Source: Sulfolobales archaeon
Lineage (GTDB): Archaea; Thermoproteota; Thermoprotei_A; Sulfolobales; NBVN01
Assembly: GCA_038841535.1 (NCBI GenBank)
Contig: JAWBTQ010000001.1
Span: forward strand, 1 to 64,000
Direction: 5' to 3'
DNA length: 64,000 nt
The notes under the pieces: generated by a model
Databases searched by the model: none
Seen by the model: the letters and a program-made list of their open reading frames with translations, nothing else
Told to the model about the DNA's origin: nothing
Part shown: positions 10,556 through 20,839 of the stretch, piece after piece
Position numbering within the stretch: the first letter of the stretch is position 1
How the letters are laid out: each line of letters begins with the position of its first letter
Made by a program: the position numbers and the translations under genes

Positions 10556-11021
10556 TGCAAGCAGATGAGTCGAGAAGTAGGGTTAGGTTCTTGAGCTCAT
10601 CCATAACTTTCGCAACAACAGCATTTACCCTACTAGAGCTAACTCCCCTAGAGGTAGCTAGCTTTAATACTTCGGACTCTACGAGCGCATACCGCTTTAA
10701 CGACTCATTGAGCTTTCTCCAGGGGATGCCGGCAAGAGCTCTCTCAACATCTACGTCTCTGCGTAAATACCCCAGAACCATTAGAACCGATAGTATTGGG
10801 TACCCAGCATACCCTCTATAAACCGTGCCGTTATCGGTGCTACAGACCCGGAACCTACCTTGTTCGACCATCTCGACATAGACTTGGTAAACTCTGGTTC
10901 CATCCGATGAAACGACTCTAAATGAGCTACCTCCCACTCTCTCAATTCTACCATCAGCTAGAGCGCCCATCGCCTCCAAAACCTTTATTTTCGGAGGCAG
11001 AGAGAGCTTTGTTAAAGCCAT
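10521..11021 (-). CDS. Conserved hypothetical protein
   Basis: PPKIKVLEAMGALADGRI...STDNG...GYP pattern; sits in the gcvT-gcvH operon. Confidence 0.75.
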   Translation of the reverse strand: MALTKLSLPPKIKVLEAMGALADGRIERVGGSSFRVVSSDGTRVYQVYVEMVEQGRFRVCSTDNGTVYRGYAGYPILSVLMVLGYLRRDVDVERALAGIPWRKLNESLKRYALVESEVLKLATSRGVSSSRVNAVVAKVMDELKNLTLLLDSSACSGADYEKEGTD

Positions 11022-11026
11022 GAAGC

Positions 11027-11458
11027 CTAGCCTACTCCCTCTCTTTTCTTTATGTACTCTAGATAGTCTTCAGAACTCATTAACTTCGGTAAAGCCCCAG
11101 CTATCCTTAGCTTAACAATCCAGCCCCTACCATAGGGGTCTTTATTTATAGCATCCGGGGAGGACTTAAGCTCCTCATTAACCTCCACTACGACTCCATC
11201 GAATGGGGAGTAGACGTCTGCGATAGCCTTAACTGATTCGAGAGTAGCTACTACCTCACCTTTCCTCAACTCTCTGCCAAGCTCTGGAAGCTCTACGTTG
11301 ACTATGTGTCTGAGCTTCTTCTGCGCGTAATCCGTTATACCGATTACAGCAGTATCTCCAACTACCTGGATCCACTCGTCCGTGTCTGTGTACGTAAGGT
11401 CTTCTCTAACTAGGTATTCTCCTATCTTAGTCTTAACAGTCTTCAAGTGTACCACCAC
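11027..11458 (-). CDS. gcvH: Glycine cleavage system H protein
   Basis: GITDYAQ, ESVKA lipoyl-lysine motif, NKDPYGRGW. Confidence 0.97.
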   Translation of the reverse strand: MVVHLKTVKTKIGEYLVREDLTYTDTDEWIQVVGDTAVIGITDYAQKKLRHIVNVELPELGRELRKGEVVATLESVKAIADVYSPFDGVVVEVNEELKSSPDAINKDPYGRGWIVKLRIAGALPKLMSSEDYLEYIKKREGVG

Positions 11459-12558
11459 TATATGAATGGTGGTTCAACTATTTTAGCTTCGAAGACTCTC
11501 CCGCGGCTCCTAACATATACTGTTCCACCGATGTAAGCATACCTAATGAAAACGTAGGCCATAGCAATAGCTCTACTCAAGTAGTTTGAGTACCCCCCAC
11601 TAGTTACGTAGCCTATCTCCCTATCTCTCACTAAGACTGAGTCACCACGCCTCGGGACGAACCTCTCACCTTTCTTGAACCTCAAACCCACTCTAACTCT
11701 ATCTATACCCTCGAGATACCTCTTCCTCACAGCTTTCGACCCTACGTAATCCTCCTTCTCTATGTCGTAAGCCATCCAGTACCTAGCTTCAACAGGAGTA
11801 ACACTCTCGTCAAAGTCTACTCCAGAGAGTAAGTATCCCGCCTCTAACCGCAGTATATCTCTAGCAATCAGACCAGCGGGTCTTACCCCAACTTCAACTA
11901 ACCTCTTGATGACTTTCTCACCTAGTTCTATAGAGCACCACAGCTCGTACCCATAAGACCTGACTTCCTCACCCGTCCAGCCAGACCTACTCGCGAGAAC
12001 TGCCTCCCCACCTAGCACACTAACGTTAGTGATAAACTGAAGTATCTTCAGCCTACTTAAGCCCTCTAAGCCGAGAGACTCCATGACTTCGAGTGACTTA
12101 GGTCCCTGAATAGCTATGAGGACGCTTTTCTCCGTAACATCCTCTATCTCTACGTCTTCGTACCCTAGCTTATCCCTCCATAGATTGAGCCAGCGGAAAT
12201 CCTTCTCGATATTCGGAGCATTAACGACGGCAAACCACGTGTCGTCACTTACGTGATAGAGCATTATGTCGTCAATAATACCGCCATTCTCGTTTAGTAG
12301 TAATACGGGGCCACTCATAGAACCCTTACTCACTCTAGATACATCTCTACTGACTACCTTCTGGAGGAACTCAGCTACTCGGCCACCCCTAAGAACAAAG
12401 CGACCCATATGGCTAACGTCAAAGAAGGCTACTAATGTCCTCACAGAGGTGTGCTCTACAACAGGGTCTCCAAAATCGAGTGAAGTAAGCCAACCCCCAA
12501 ACTCCCCAAGGTTTCCACCTAGACTTTTGTGCAGATCGAGTAGAGGTATTGAGCGCAA
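11458..12558 (-). CDS. gcvT: Glycine cleavage system T protein (aminomethyltransferase)
   Basis: FDVSHMG, GGIIDD, SRSGWTGE and ARDILRLEAG motifs. Confidence 0.95.
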   Translation of the reverse strand: MRSIPLLDLHKSLGGNLGEFGGWLTSLDFGDPVVEHTSVRTLVAFFDVSHMGRFVLRGGRVAEFLQKVVSRDVSRVSKGSMSGPVLLLNENGGIIDDIMLYHVSDDTWFAVVNAPNIEKDFRWLNLWRDKLGYEDVEIEDVTEKSVLIAIQGPKSLEVMESLGLEGLSRLKILQFITNVSVLGGEAVLASRSGWTGEEVRSYGYELWCSIELGEKVIKRLVEVGVRPAGLIARDILRLEAGYLLSGVDFDESVTPVEARYWMAYDIEKEDYVGSKAVRKRYLEGIDRVRVGLRFKKGERFVPRRGDSVLVRDREIGYVTSGGYSNYLSRAIAMAYVFIRYAYIGGTVYVRSRGRVFEAKIVEPPFI

Positions 12559-12602
12559 TTCGGCTCCCAGTAAGAGCTTTTTTCACCTATTTATGTACTA
12601 GA

Positions 12603-12947
12603 TTATGTGCTAGGAGACTTTCTACCTTTTAGGTACCTCCAGATATAGCTTAACCTCTCATTCTGCCTTATGTAGTCATGTATGTGAGTATAACAATCCA
12701 CGCACACCCTTAGTCCTGGCTGAAGTTCTTTCGAGCACTGTCTACAGACCAGTTTCCCACAAATAAGGCAGCTGTCTACAGCTAATTTCTGATTACAAAC
12801 TGCGCAGAGATTCTCGTAGCATATAGCGCAAATTCCTCTATCGCCTATGTAGTGGGCTCTACACACCCTTCTGTGACAGAGGTTGCACTCATACACGGCT
12901 TCAGAAGTCCAGCAGACCTCGCACAAGCTCAAAGATATAAACCTCAA
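12603..12947 (-). CDS. Cys-rich multi zinc-finger protein
   Basis: Repeated CxxC pairs (CEVC, CNLC, CAIC, CAVC, CLIC, CRQC, CVDC). Confidence 0.8.
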   Translation of the reverse strand: MRFISLSLCEVCWTSEAVYECNLCHRRVCRAHYIGDRGICAICYENLCAVCNQKLAVDSCLICGKLVCRQCSKELQPGLRVCVDCYTHIHDYIRQNERLSYIWRYLKGRKSPST

Positions 12948-12959
12948 ACCAGTGTGTAA

Positions 12960-13307
12960 TTACGGGATGACCTGACGACGCTCTCTGATAAGTGATGTCG
13001 GTGGAGCGACTGGGACCTCGACTATCTCAGCACACTCACTTACTGCGGTGTTCCTATCGAGCTCTTCGACCGTGTATACCTCTACGGTAGCTATCAGGTT
13101 TCGTGTGAGGATACAACTAGAAACTCTAACCCAATCCGAGGCCTTACTCGCTCTAACGTAAAGCCTTACCCTCCTCAAACCCTTGTTAAGGAAGCTTAGA
13201 AATACTCTGTAAACTTCTTCACATAAATCTACCAACGAGGGATTACTACTAAGCTCTACGTAAATACATCCATGTTTCGATGACATGTTCATACCCTTAT
13301 GATTCAC
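12960..13307 (-). CDS. Hypothetical protein
   Basis: 115-aa ORF collinear with the zinc-finger gene; no motif recognised. Confidence 0.55.
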   Translation of the reverse strand: MNHKGMNMSSKHGCIYVELSSNPSLVDLCEEVYRVFLSFLNKGLRRVRLYVRASKASDWVRVSSCILTRNLIATVEVYTVEELDRNTAVSECAEIVEVPVAPPTSLIRERRQVIP

Positions 13308-13464
13308 TATCCCAGTTAATTCAGTTAGTCATTAAATTAAGGCTTTAGCCTGCATTCGTCGCACAATGTCCCAATTAGTTTAGCAGGCAATAGAGCATTC
13401 CCATATCTGGGTCTAGCTGTTAAATGCTTACTTGCTGTAAGGTGGTACATGGAAGGACTCTGGT

Positions 13465-14673
13465 GTGGGTGTGTCGTGGTTGATCAGGTCTTGGAGTACG
13501 CTTGATATTACATTGGGGATGGAGTACTACTCTAGACCAGAGGTCTTCTTAGGGACTGAAGTGAGTGTTAAGCTCTCACCTAGTACTTTCAAGGTGTATG
13601 AGGAGGTCTTCGGTCTCGGGACTGCTGCGGCACCTGAGAGACCTCAAGATGAAGTCAAGTGCTTTAAACGGAGAAAACTGCTAGCAGTTATGTGTAAGAA
13701 GGGGATAAGTACTCTAGAAGCTGTATGGCTTCTTAGGAGGGTAGGTGTAAAGCTTGAGTACTGGGGGATTAAGGACGCTGACGCTGAGACGTGTCAGTTC
13801 GTGGTCCTAAGGTGTCTACGGGATATGGTGGTTTCCTCTAGCTTAGTTAGAGGTATAAAGCTGTATGTTTTGAAGCCTCTAGACCCGGAGTCTACTCCGA
13901 GAAAGTATCAGTTAGCAGGAAACTTCTTCGAGGTCCTACTGAGCTACACTACATCGAGTCCTGAGAGGATTATAAGCACTATAGAGTCATCTGCGGGTCT
14001 CAACTACCTCAACTACTTCGGATACCAGAGGTTTGGGACAGTGAGGCCGATCACGCACGTTGTCGGTAGAGCTATAGCAGTTGGAGACTACGATGGCGCA
14101 TTAAACTACCTAGTAGGGTATTCATCGAGCGCAGAATCCCCTAGAGTCAGAGCTGCTAGGAAACTGTTTACTGAAGGTCACTATAGAGACTCACTACGTT
14201 CGTTTCCGAGTTCTTTCGCTATTGAGAGGTCAGTCCTCAAAAAGTACATCGAGACCAGAAATCCTAGAGAGGCCATAGCTAGGGGTCTCCCACTAAACCT
14301 GCTAAAGTTTTTCGTAGAATCCTACCAGTCATACCTCTTCAATAAGGCACTCAGCTTACTGGCAACTACAGCTGGAAGCATCGAAGATGTTGAAAGAGAG
14401 TGCGAGGTACTTGAACTACCAAGACCGGGAATTAAAGCGCAAGGATGCGCAAGATACTCATACGAGTCTTTGGCGGAAGACTTGGGAGCTCAACTTAAGT
14501 CAGTGAATAAAGCTCTCTTTATAAAGAGCATTAGGGAGGCGGTCTTTAGAGTTAACAACCTGCGGACTAATACCTTGACAGATGGAGTAATCAAGCTAAG
14601 TTTTAAACTTGGTAGAGGTTCTTACGCCACTGTATACCTAAGAGAGCTACTGAGGGACAACCTGGTATTCTAG
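13465..14673 (+). CDS. truD: tRNA pseudouridine(13) synthase
   Basis: GIKDADA catalytic motif, LAGNFF, NYFGYQRFG, YQSYLFN, GSYATVYLRE. Confidence 0.92.
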   Translation: MGVSWLIRSWSTLDITLGMEYYSRPEVFLGTEVSVKLSPSTFKVYEEVFGLGTAAAPERPQDEVKCFKRRKLLAVMCKKGISTLEAVWLLRRVGVKLEYWGIKDADAETCQFVVLRCLRDMVVSSSLVRGIKLYVLKPLDPESTPRKYQLAGNFFEVLLSYTTSSPERIISTIESSAGLNYLNYFGYQRFGTVRPITHVVGRAIAVGDYDGALNYLVGYSSSAESPRVRAARKLFTEGHYRDSLRSFPSSFAIERSVLKKYIETRNPREAIARGLPLNLLKFFVESYQSYLFNKALSLLATTAGSIEDVERECEVLELPRPGIKAQGCARYSYESLAEDLGAQLKSVNKALFIKSIREAVFRVNNLRTNTLTDGVIKLSFKLGRGSYATVYLRELLRDNLVF

Positions 14674-14898
14674 ATGTCAAGTAGCTATACTAGTGTAAAT
14701 CATAAGTACTTTGCTTAATTACAAAGACCGGGGAGAACCATTGACGACTATTATAGCGGGCTACTCGCAGCCTATAGGGGTTTTACTTGGTGTTTAGTAG
14801 GCGGAGGATTCCCGCAATTTTAATTACTATTCCTATTGGTTGTCAGCTCAGCCTGGAGTGGTCTGAGCGTAAATAAGTTTGATTGCGCTAAATTTAGC

Positions 14899-14954
14899 GG
14901 AAGTGATGAGTGGCGATGGCAATGATTCGTGATTAAGCTGAGCTTCGCTGATCC
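14899..14954 (+). ncRNA. C/D-box methylation guide sRNA
   Basis: Box C GTGATGA (14903), 12-nt guide, D' ATGA (14922), C' TGATTA (14930), 12-nt guide, box D CTGA (14948), GGA/TCC terminal stem. Confidence 0.85.
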
Positions 14955-15052
14955 TGAGAACTTTAGGACCTCTACCGCTAATCATAGTGATGTGCTATCT
15001 GTCTGCGCATTCACTTATTTCCACTAGAGGGATTTCTAATTGGAGTTTAGCT

Positions 15053-16933
15053 GTGATAAACATACTGAAAGCTCCGGAGGGTACTAGGCTTGCTCTAATG
15101 GGTAACGAGGCCATCGCTAGAGGTTTAATTGAAGCTGGTGCGTCTGTCGTTACTGGGTACCCTGGTACACCATCAAGCGAAGTCATTATGACGCTCCACG
15201 AGTTCGGTGTCGGTAGTGAGGTTTATGTTGAGTGGGCAGTCAACGAGAGGGTGGCATTCGAGGTAGCTTACGGTGCGTCTATTGGGGGAGCTAGAGCAGC
15301 TGTAACGATGAAGGCCCCGGGAGCATCTGTAGCTCTTGACCCAATCATCTCGTCAGCTTATGGAGGTGTTGAGGGAGGGCTCATGGTTTTAGTAGCAGAT
15401 GACCCCGGACCTCACACAACTCAGACCGAACAGGACAATAGGTGGCTTGGGTTTATAGCGAAGCTACCGGTGCTGTCTCCATCAAGTCCTCAGGAGGCTA
15501 AGGACCTCGCGGTCTCGTCTTTCGACCTGAGTGAGCAAACCAAGCTACCCGTAGTACTCAGAACTACGACGAGGGTCAACCACAGTGTCGGTGAAGTCCA
15601 GCTAGGACCTCTCAGACCTTTGAAGAGAGCATCGTCATTTAGGAAAGATATCCCGCGATTTGTTAGAGCTGGCATGTCGTGGAACCTAGAGAGACATAGG
15701 TGGCTGAATCAGCAGCTCGGTATTGTAGAGGAAGTATTCGAAAAAGTTTCAGCAGTTCGCAACACTGTAGAAGGTTTAAGCAGGTTCTGTGTTATTACTG
15801 AGGGATCAGCTTACAACTACGTCGCCGAAACAGTCAGTGAGCTAGGTGCCGATGTCAGAGTGATTAAGTTAACTCTCCTATATCCCATACCCAAGAAGTT
15901 CATGTCGAGAGCTTTAGACGGCTGTGAGAAGGTTCTCGTCGTCGAGGAACTCGACCCGTACCTAGAGTTAGTCGTTAAGAGTCTTCTCACTGAGCTAAAT
16001 GTTAAGGTTGACATCTACGGTAAGAGCACAGGTCACCTGCCAATGGAGGGAGAGCTAAGTAAAAAGATTGTTCGCGATGCGCTACTTACAGCACTGCTTA
16101 CTGGCAAGTCAGTAGTAAACGCTCGGAGTTATAGTGGAGTTCACCAGACCGCTAGAATAGCCCCGAGGCCTCCCCCTATGTGTCCTGGCTGTCCCCACAG
16201 GAATATGTATATAGCTCTCTTATTGGGTATTGCTAGAGCTGGCTACAGGAGGGACGAGGTCCCTGTTTTTGGTGACATAGGGTGCTACGCTCTCGGTGTG
16301 CAACCCCCTCTAGAGGCTATATGGACTGAGCACTCTATGGGGGCGTCAATATCTATGGCCATGGGTCTGAAGGTAGCTGGCTACGATAAACCCGTTGTAG
16401 CAGTCATAGGTGACTCGACGTTTTATCATGCGGGAATTCAATCTCTCATTGAGGCAGTACATAAGCGAGTTGATATGCTGGTAGTAATTGCTGATAACTC
16501 CGTCGTAGCTATGACTGGACACCAGTCAACGCCCGCGTGGTCTCAGCTTGAGTCTGGAAGGAGGTCTAGACCGGTATCGATAGAGAGCATAGTGAGGGCC
16601 GTGGGTGTGGACTACGTAGAAGTCGTCGACCCCTACGACATCGATAGCTCGATTGCGGCGTTCGAGGCTTTGCTGAAGAAGCCGGGCGTTAAGGTACTCG
16701 TAAGCAAGCATCCGTGTGCCCTCATGGAGGCTAGACTTAGGGGTGTCCATCGAAGGTATCGCGTGGTTGATGATAGGTGTACTGGGTGCTTAGCGTGTAT
16801 TAGAGCTACAGGCTGTCCAGCAATGTTCTTCTATGGAGGTAAGGTGAGGATCGTTGAAGAAGACTGTCTAGGCTGCGGCCTCTGTGCGAAGTTCTGCCCC
16901 TATAAGGCAATAGAGGTGGTAGAGCTTGGTTAG
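15053..16933 (+). CDS. iorA: Indolepyruvate:ferredoxin oxidoreductase alpha subunit
   Basis: MGNEAIARG, GYPGTPSSE, PPMCPGCPH, GDIGCY, IGDSTF and a C-terminal ferredoxin domain; GTG 15053 follows GGAG. Confidence 0.95.
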   Translation: MINILKAPEGTRLALMGNEAIARGLIEAGASVVTGYPGTPSSEVIMTLHEFGVGSEVYVEWAVNERVAFEVAYGASIGGARAAVTMKAPGASVALDPIISSAYGGVEGGLMVLVADDPGPHTTQTEQDNRWLGFIAKLPVLSPSSPQEAKDLAVSSFDLSEQTKLPVVLRTTTRVNHSVGEVQLGPLRPLKRASSFRKDIPRFVRAGMSWNLERHRWLNQQLGIVEEVFEKVSAVRNTVEGLSRFCVITEGSAYNYVAETVSELGADVRVIKLTLLYPIPKKFMSRALDGCEKVLVVEELDPYLELVVKSLLTELNVKVDIYGKSTGHLPMEGELSKKIVRDALLTALLTGKSVVNARSYSGVHQTARIAPRPPPMCPGCPHRNMYIALLLGIARAGYRRDEVPVFGDIGCYALGVQPPLEAIWTEHSMGASISMAMGLKVAGYDKPVVAVIGDSTFYHAGIQSLIEAVHKRVDMLVVIADNSVVAMTGHQSTPAWSQLESGRRSRPVSIESIVRAVGVDYVEVVDPYDIDSSIAAFEALLKKPGVKVLVSKHPCALMEARLRGVHRRYRVVDDRCTGCLACIRATGCPAMFFYGGKVRIVEEDCLGCGLCAKFCPYKAIEVVELG

Positions 16934-17504
16934 AACAGTGAATGTAGCTATCGTGTCAGTGGGAGGGCAGGGGGGACTGACTCTATCTAGAGTGCTAGCA
17001 GTCGCAGCAGTACTTGACGGTCTCTCGGTAAGAACTGGTGAGACTCTGGGGATGGCGCAGAGGTATGGGTCCGTGGTTAGTTATGTGAGAATAGGGAGGA
17101 GTGTGCTCTCACCGACTTTCTCGGATGGCGAGGGAGACTACCTACTGGGGCTAGAGCTTTTGGAGACTGCTAGGGCTCTAAGACTCCTAAAACTTGGTGG
17201 GTTAGTTATAGTATCAGATACTATTAGACCACCTATATCAGCTAGCTTAAACCGCGAAGTCTACGACAAAAACAAACTACTGGATTATATCAGGAGTTAC
17301 GCAGAAACTCTAGTAGTCCCCGCGCAAGAGCTGGCTACCAAAGCCGGAAACCCGAGGGCCGCTAACATGGTAGTGCTCGGAGTCTTCCACAAGTCCCAGA
17401 ACTTTATCACAGACGCCTCCATAAGGAAAGCTATAGCGGAAGTAGTTCCTCCTAAATGGCTCGAAAGCTCTCTTAAAGCTTTCGAGTTCGGCCTCAGCCT
17501 ATAG
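16926..17504 (+). CDS. iorB: Indolepyruvate:ferredoxin oxidoreductase beta subunit
   Basis: VGGQGG, ETLGMAQRYGSV; overlaps iorA. Confidence 0.93.
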   Translation: MVRTVNVAIVSVGGQGGLTLSRVLAVAAVLDGLSVRTGETLGMAQRYGSVVSYVRIGRSVLSPTFSDGEGDYLLGLELLETARALRLLKLGGLVIVSDTIRPPISASLNREVYDKNKLLDYIRSYAETLVVPAQELATKAGNPRAANMVVLGVFHKSQNFITDASIRKAIAEVVPPKWLESSLKAFEFGLSL

Positions 17505-17573
17505 AAAAATACTACATACTTCTACGCGAAGGATAACACCTTTAACGAGGAAAAGACACTTTATTCTCTCTAC

Positions 17574-17975
17574 TCATTCACCAATATACATTAGAGACAC
17601 TATAGAGATGACTAATAAAATGGAAGTAAATCCTATAAGGAGGTCCACTATAAACATATAGAAGAATACGCCTGACTTCAGGATCATAGCGAGTGTTTCA
17701 ATAGTTGCTCTAACTCCGTATAGCTCTCTGATGTAACTCCATATAAGGTAGTACATAATATTTAGGAGGAACGATCCGAGAACGGCCACTGCGGTTCCAT
17801 TCGAGAAAAGCTCTCCGAAGGATGTCCCTCTATTGAGGGAGGCCTTAGTCAGAATGATTGAAGCAATCACGCTTCCGATAGCTGTTGCTGCCATTTTAGG
17901 AACTACGAGTGTGGACAGCATCGACCCTAAGACCATTATCGAAGAGCAAACCAAAATAAGGATTATCCTCCTCAC
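17574..17975 (-). CDS. Hypothetical membrane protein
   Basis: About four hydrophobic segments. Confidence 0.7.
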   Translation of the reverse strand: MRRIILILVCSSIMVLGSMLSTLVVPKMAATAIGSVIASIILTKASLNRGTSFGELFSNGTAVAVLGSFLLNIMYYLIWSYIRELYGVRATIETLAMILKSGVFFYMFIVDLLIGFTSILLVISIVSLMYIGE

Positions 17976-18049
17976 GCTTCTCTCCTAGTAATCTAAGAAA
18001 ACTGGCATTTAACCCTTAGATACCCGGCTATGAGGGAATCAGGCTGAGG

Positions 18050-19675
18050 TCACCTTTTGAGTCTCGGGTTAGCTATCTCGTCGAGTGCCATACCTATCAT
18101 TACGAAGCCTATTCCAAACAGTATGAGCCCCAGCATAGGGGGCATTATCCACCACCAAGCGTTGTGTAGTAGAGCACCTCTATAATATGCTTCATTTATC
18201 ATCCTTCCCCAGGTAGGTGCCTCAGGGTCTCCGAAGCCGAGTAGCTGTATTGATGCTTCTAGGTAGACTGCCGCAGGCGCTCGCGTCACAATTCTATATA
18301 CTAAGTAAGGTAGTAGCTGTGGAGCTAGGTGTTTCATCATTATCCTCCACTCACTTGCTCCAAGAGCTCTAGCGGCTTCAACAAAGGTGCTTGCTCGTAA
18401 GGTCATAGTCCACTGCCTAATGATCCTAGCACCTCCCTGCCAAGAGAGTAGCACGATAACAGTATAGATCGTCCATAGGTTTCTTCCGAACGTTAAGCCA
18501 ACAACTATTATGAGGGGTATTGTAGGTATGAAGTTCATGACGTCTATTAGGAAAGTTATTGCATGGTCAAGGCTTGTATCAGCTCTATAGCCTGCTATTA
18601 GTCCCACAACGAGCGATATGAGATTAGCGAGTGTAGCTACAGTAATGCCTACAGCTATTGCCGATCTAGACCCGTAGAGGTACTGAGTCCACACATCATT
18701 ACCCGCAGCGTTCGTTCCTAAAACTCCGAACGCCTCACCCTTGATCCACAGCTTGACCTGGTTGAGTTTAACCTCTAAGGCCCCTTTGCTACACTGCATT
18801 AGAAAGTCGCTAGGGTTGCAGTAATACGTAACATTCACTAAAACGCGTATCTTTGTGTCTTTCTCGAGAATGAGGTCGCGTAAAGCGTTTACCATGCTAA
18901 ACTCTTGTGATATAGCGTCCTTAACCCACGGGTCACTGATCTCAGTTATGTATCCTTGTTGGATATTCCTAATTAAGTTAGGGAGAGTAACTAAGGTTCT
19001 ACACGTAGTAGGACCCTTATGATACGGGTAAATAGCTGCTACTTTCGTTGTTACTAAATCGTATAGTGAGTACACACCCTTAGGTACTTCAAGAGAGTAC
19101 TCACGCTCAGGAGATAACGCGAGTTTTACGACGTATTTGTCTCCCCTCGCTAGAAGGTCTTCGTTTACTATGATGACCTCGACATTGTACCAAGCTTCAC
19201 CTGCTCCAGCGGGATACGTTGCATTAAACACTATGTCGACTTGTGCCTGCTTAGCAGGTCTATAGGGGTAGTATACGTAGTCGTTAGAAACCAGTAGGAC
19301 GCTGGCTTTGCCTTCACCCCGAATTTCTATCTTAGTAACTCCACCAGCGCTTGTCGTAACAGATACATCTCCGGAGACCTTCTCACCGGCGACGCTGAAC
19401 TCGGTAAAGCTCTTGATTATGTTCCTAGGGACGTCTGGAGGAGCTGCCCATTCCGGAATAGCGAAGTCCGCAGCTACAACTTCTCTGGAAAGCGGGGAGT
19501 ACGGCGTCAAAACCGACGCTAAAATGCCGGGGATTGCTAGAATAGCGATGAGAGCGACTCCCCCTAAAAATGACTTCTTCTTTAAGACGAGCCTTAAGAG
19601 TGTCTCACTGTAGCTTGAGCCTCTAGCTGTAAGCTGTGTAGACTTCGATGGTTCGCGCTTACTCATTCTACCCAC
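18050..19675 (-). CDS. Peptide ABC transporter permease (OppC/DppC-like) with large extracellular insertion
   Basis: LGTNAAGNDV, FVEAARALGAS (EAA motif), TWGRMI, WWWIMPP. Confidence 0.92.
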   Translation of the reverse strand: MGRMSKREPSKSTQLTARGSSYSETLLRLVLKKKSFLGGVALIAILAIPGILASVLTPYSPLSREVVAADFAIPEWAAPPDVPRNIIKSFTEFSVAGEKVSGDVSVTTSAGGVTKIEIRGEGKASVLLVSNDYVYYPYRPAKQAQVDIVFNATYPAGAGEAWYNVEVIIVNEDLLARGDKYVVKLALSPEREYSLEVPKGVYSLYDLVTTKVAAIYPYHKGPTTCRTLVTLPNLIRNIQQGYITEISDPWVKDAISQEFSMVNALRDLILEKDTKIRVLVNVTYYCNPSDFLMQCSKGALEVKLNQVKLWIKGEAFGVLGTNAAGNDVWTQYLYGSRSAIAVGITVATLANLISLVVGLIAGYRADTSLDHAITFLIDVMNFIPTIPLIIVVGLTFGRNLWTIYTVIVLLSWQGGARIIRQWTMTLRASTFVEAARALGASEWRIMMKHLAPQLLPYLVYRIVTRAPAAVYLEASIQLLGFGDPEAPTWGRMINEAYYRGALLHNAWWWIMPPMLGLILFGIGFVMIGMALDEIANPRLKR

Positions 19676-20696
19676 CTGTTCTTATTCTCGGGTCAACAAC
19701 TACTAGAATAACCTCAGCAACAAATAGAGACACCACGTTTAGAAGTGCTGAGATAGTGAAGAACGCCGACATTACTGGGAAGTCCCAAGTTTGTAGAGCA
19801 ACATACGAAAAGCTAGCTATTCCCGGCCAATTGCATATTATTTCGAATATTATTGAACCACCAAATATGTCCGGTATAGTGTAAGCTAGCGACATAACTA
19901 AGGGGGGTCTTACGTTAGGAATAACGTGCCTACTTAACGCAGTTCTCTCATCAAGGCCTTTAGCTACTGCGGTTACGTAGTAGTCTTGACCCATTTCTGA
20001 TACTACTAGCTGTCTTATGTAGTATATCCAGCCACCAGACCAGGCGATTAGTGCTGCTAGTAGCATTGGTGACATATACCAGAGTAAGTACCTAAACTGC
20101 TCCCAGTCTCTAATACCTATCTCAGGAGCTCTAACCGGCAGTGGGAAGATCTGTAAATTCCAGTAGATCCTGGGTAGGTAGGCTAGTCCGTAGTATATGA
20201 GGAGTAGCACTAACCAACCCGGTAGTATTCTAGAGATCACCGACGTCTGAACGATTACGGAATCTAGGGTTTTACCTCTATACTTCGCTGATATGATCCC
20301 GAGGTAGTAACCGATTACTATTGGTAGTATAGTCGATATTGTGTAGAAAGACAGCGTGTAGGGAAGCCTAACGGCTATCTCGTTTAAAACCGGTTGCTGA
20401 GTATAGACAGAAACACCGAATTGAAATATTATAACGCTCCTCAAGTACCTGAAGAGCTGATCAGGAATGAGGGGTCTGTCGAGTCCATACGTCCTTATGG
20501 CTTCATCGATCCAGAACGTAAACCTCGGGTCTTCTCCCGTCCTTCTCAGAGCTGCTAAGAGAGGGTCCGCATGCATGTCTCCTCCAGCTGCTAAGACAGG
20601 CAACACTCTGACGACTATGAAGTAGAGAATTATAACCGCTAGGTATGTAGCTAGGAGTCTAACACCTGTTTTAGCTATAAACCTACCGGCACCCAA
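19668..20696 (-). CDS. Peptide ABC transporter permease (OppB/DppB-like)
   Basis: YGLDRP, RLPYT, DYYVTAVAKGL, GGSIIFE, DPRIR. Confidence 0.92.
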   Translation of the reverse strand: MGAGRFIAKTGVRLLATYLAVIILYFIVVRVLPVLAAGGDMHADPLLAALRRTGEDPRFTFWIDEAIRTYGLDRPLIPDQLFRYLRSVIIFQFGVSVYTQQPVLNEIAVRLPYTLSFYTISTILPIVIGYYLGIISAKYRGKTLDSVIVQTSVISRILPGWLVLLLIYYGLAYLPRIYWNLQIFPLPVRAPEIGIRDWEQFRYLLWYMSPMLLAALIAWSGGWIYYIRQLVVSEMGQDYYVTAVAKGLDERTALSRHVIPNVRPPLVMSLAYTIPDIFGGSIIFEIICNWPGIASFSYVALQTWDFPVMSAFFTISALLNVVSLFVAEVILVVVDPRIRTGG

Positions 20697-20839
20697 GACT
20701 AGGCACCCCGTTTGAAGTGGAACAAACCTATATAACCTTTGTAGCTATTAAACAGTTCCAGCTAATCACAGCGCGGTCCGTAATGAAAAGATTGGGTAGT
20801 AGTGAGTAGAACTGAGAAAAAGAATTTATATGCTTAAGC

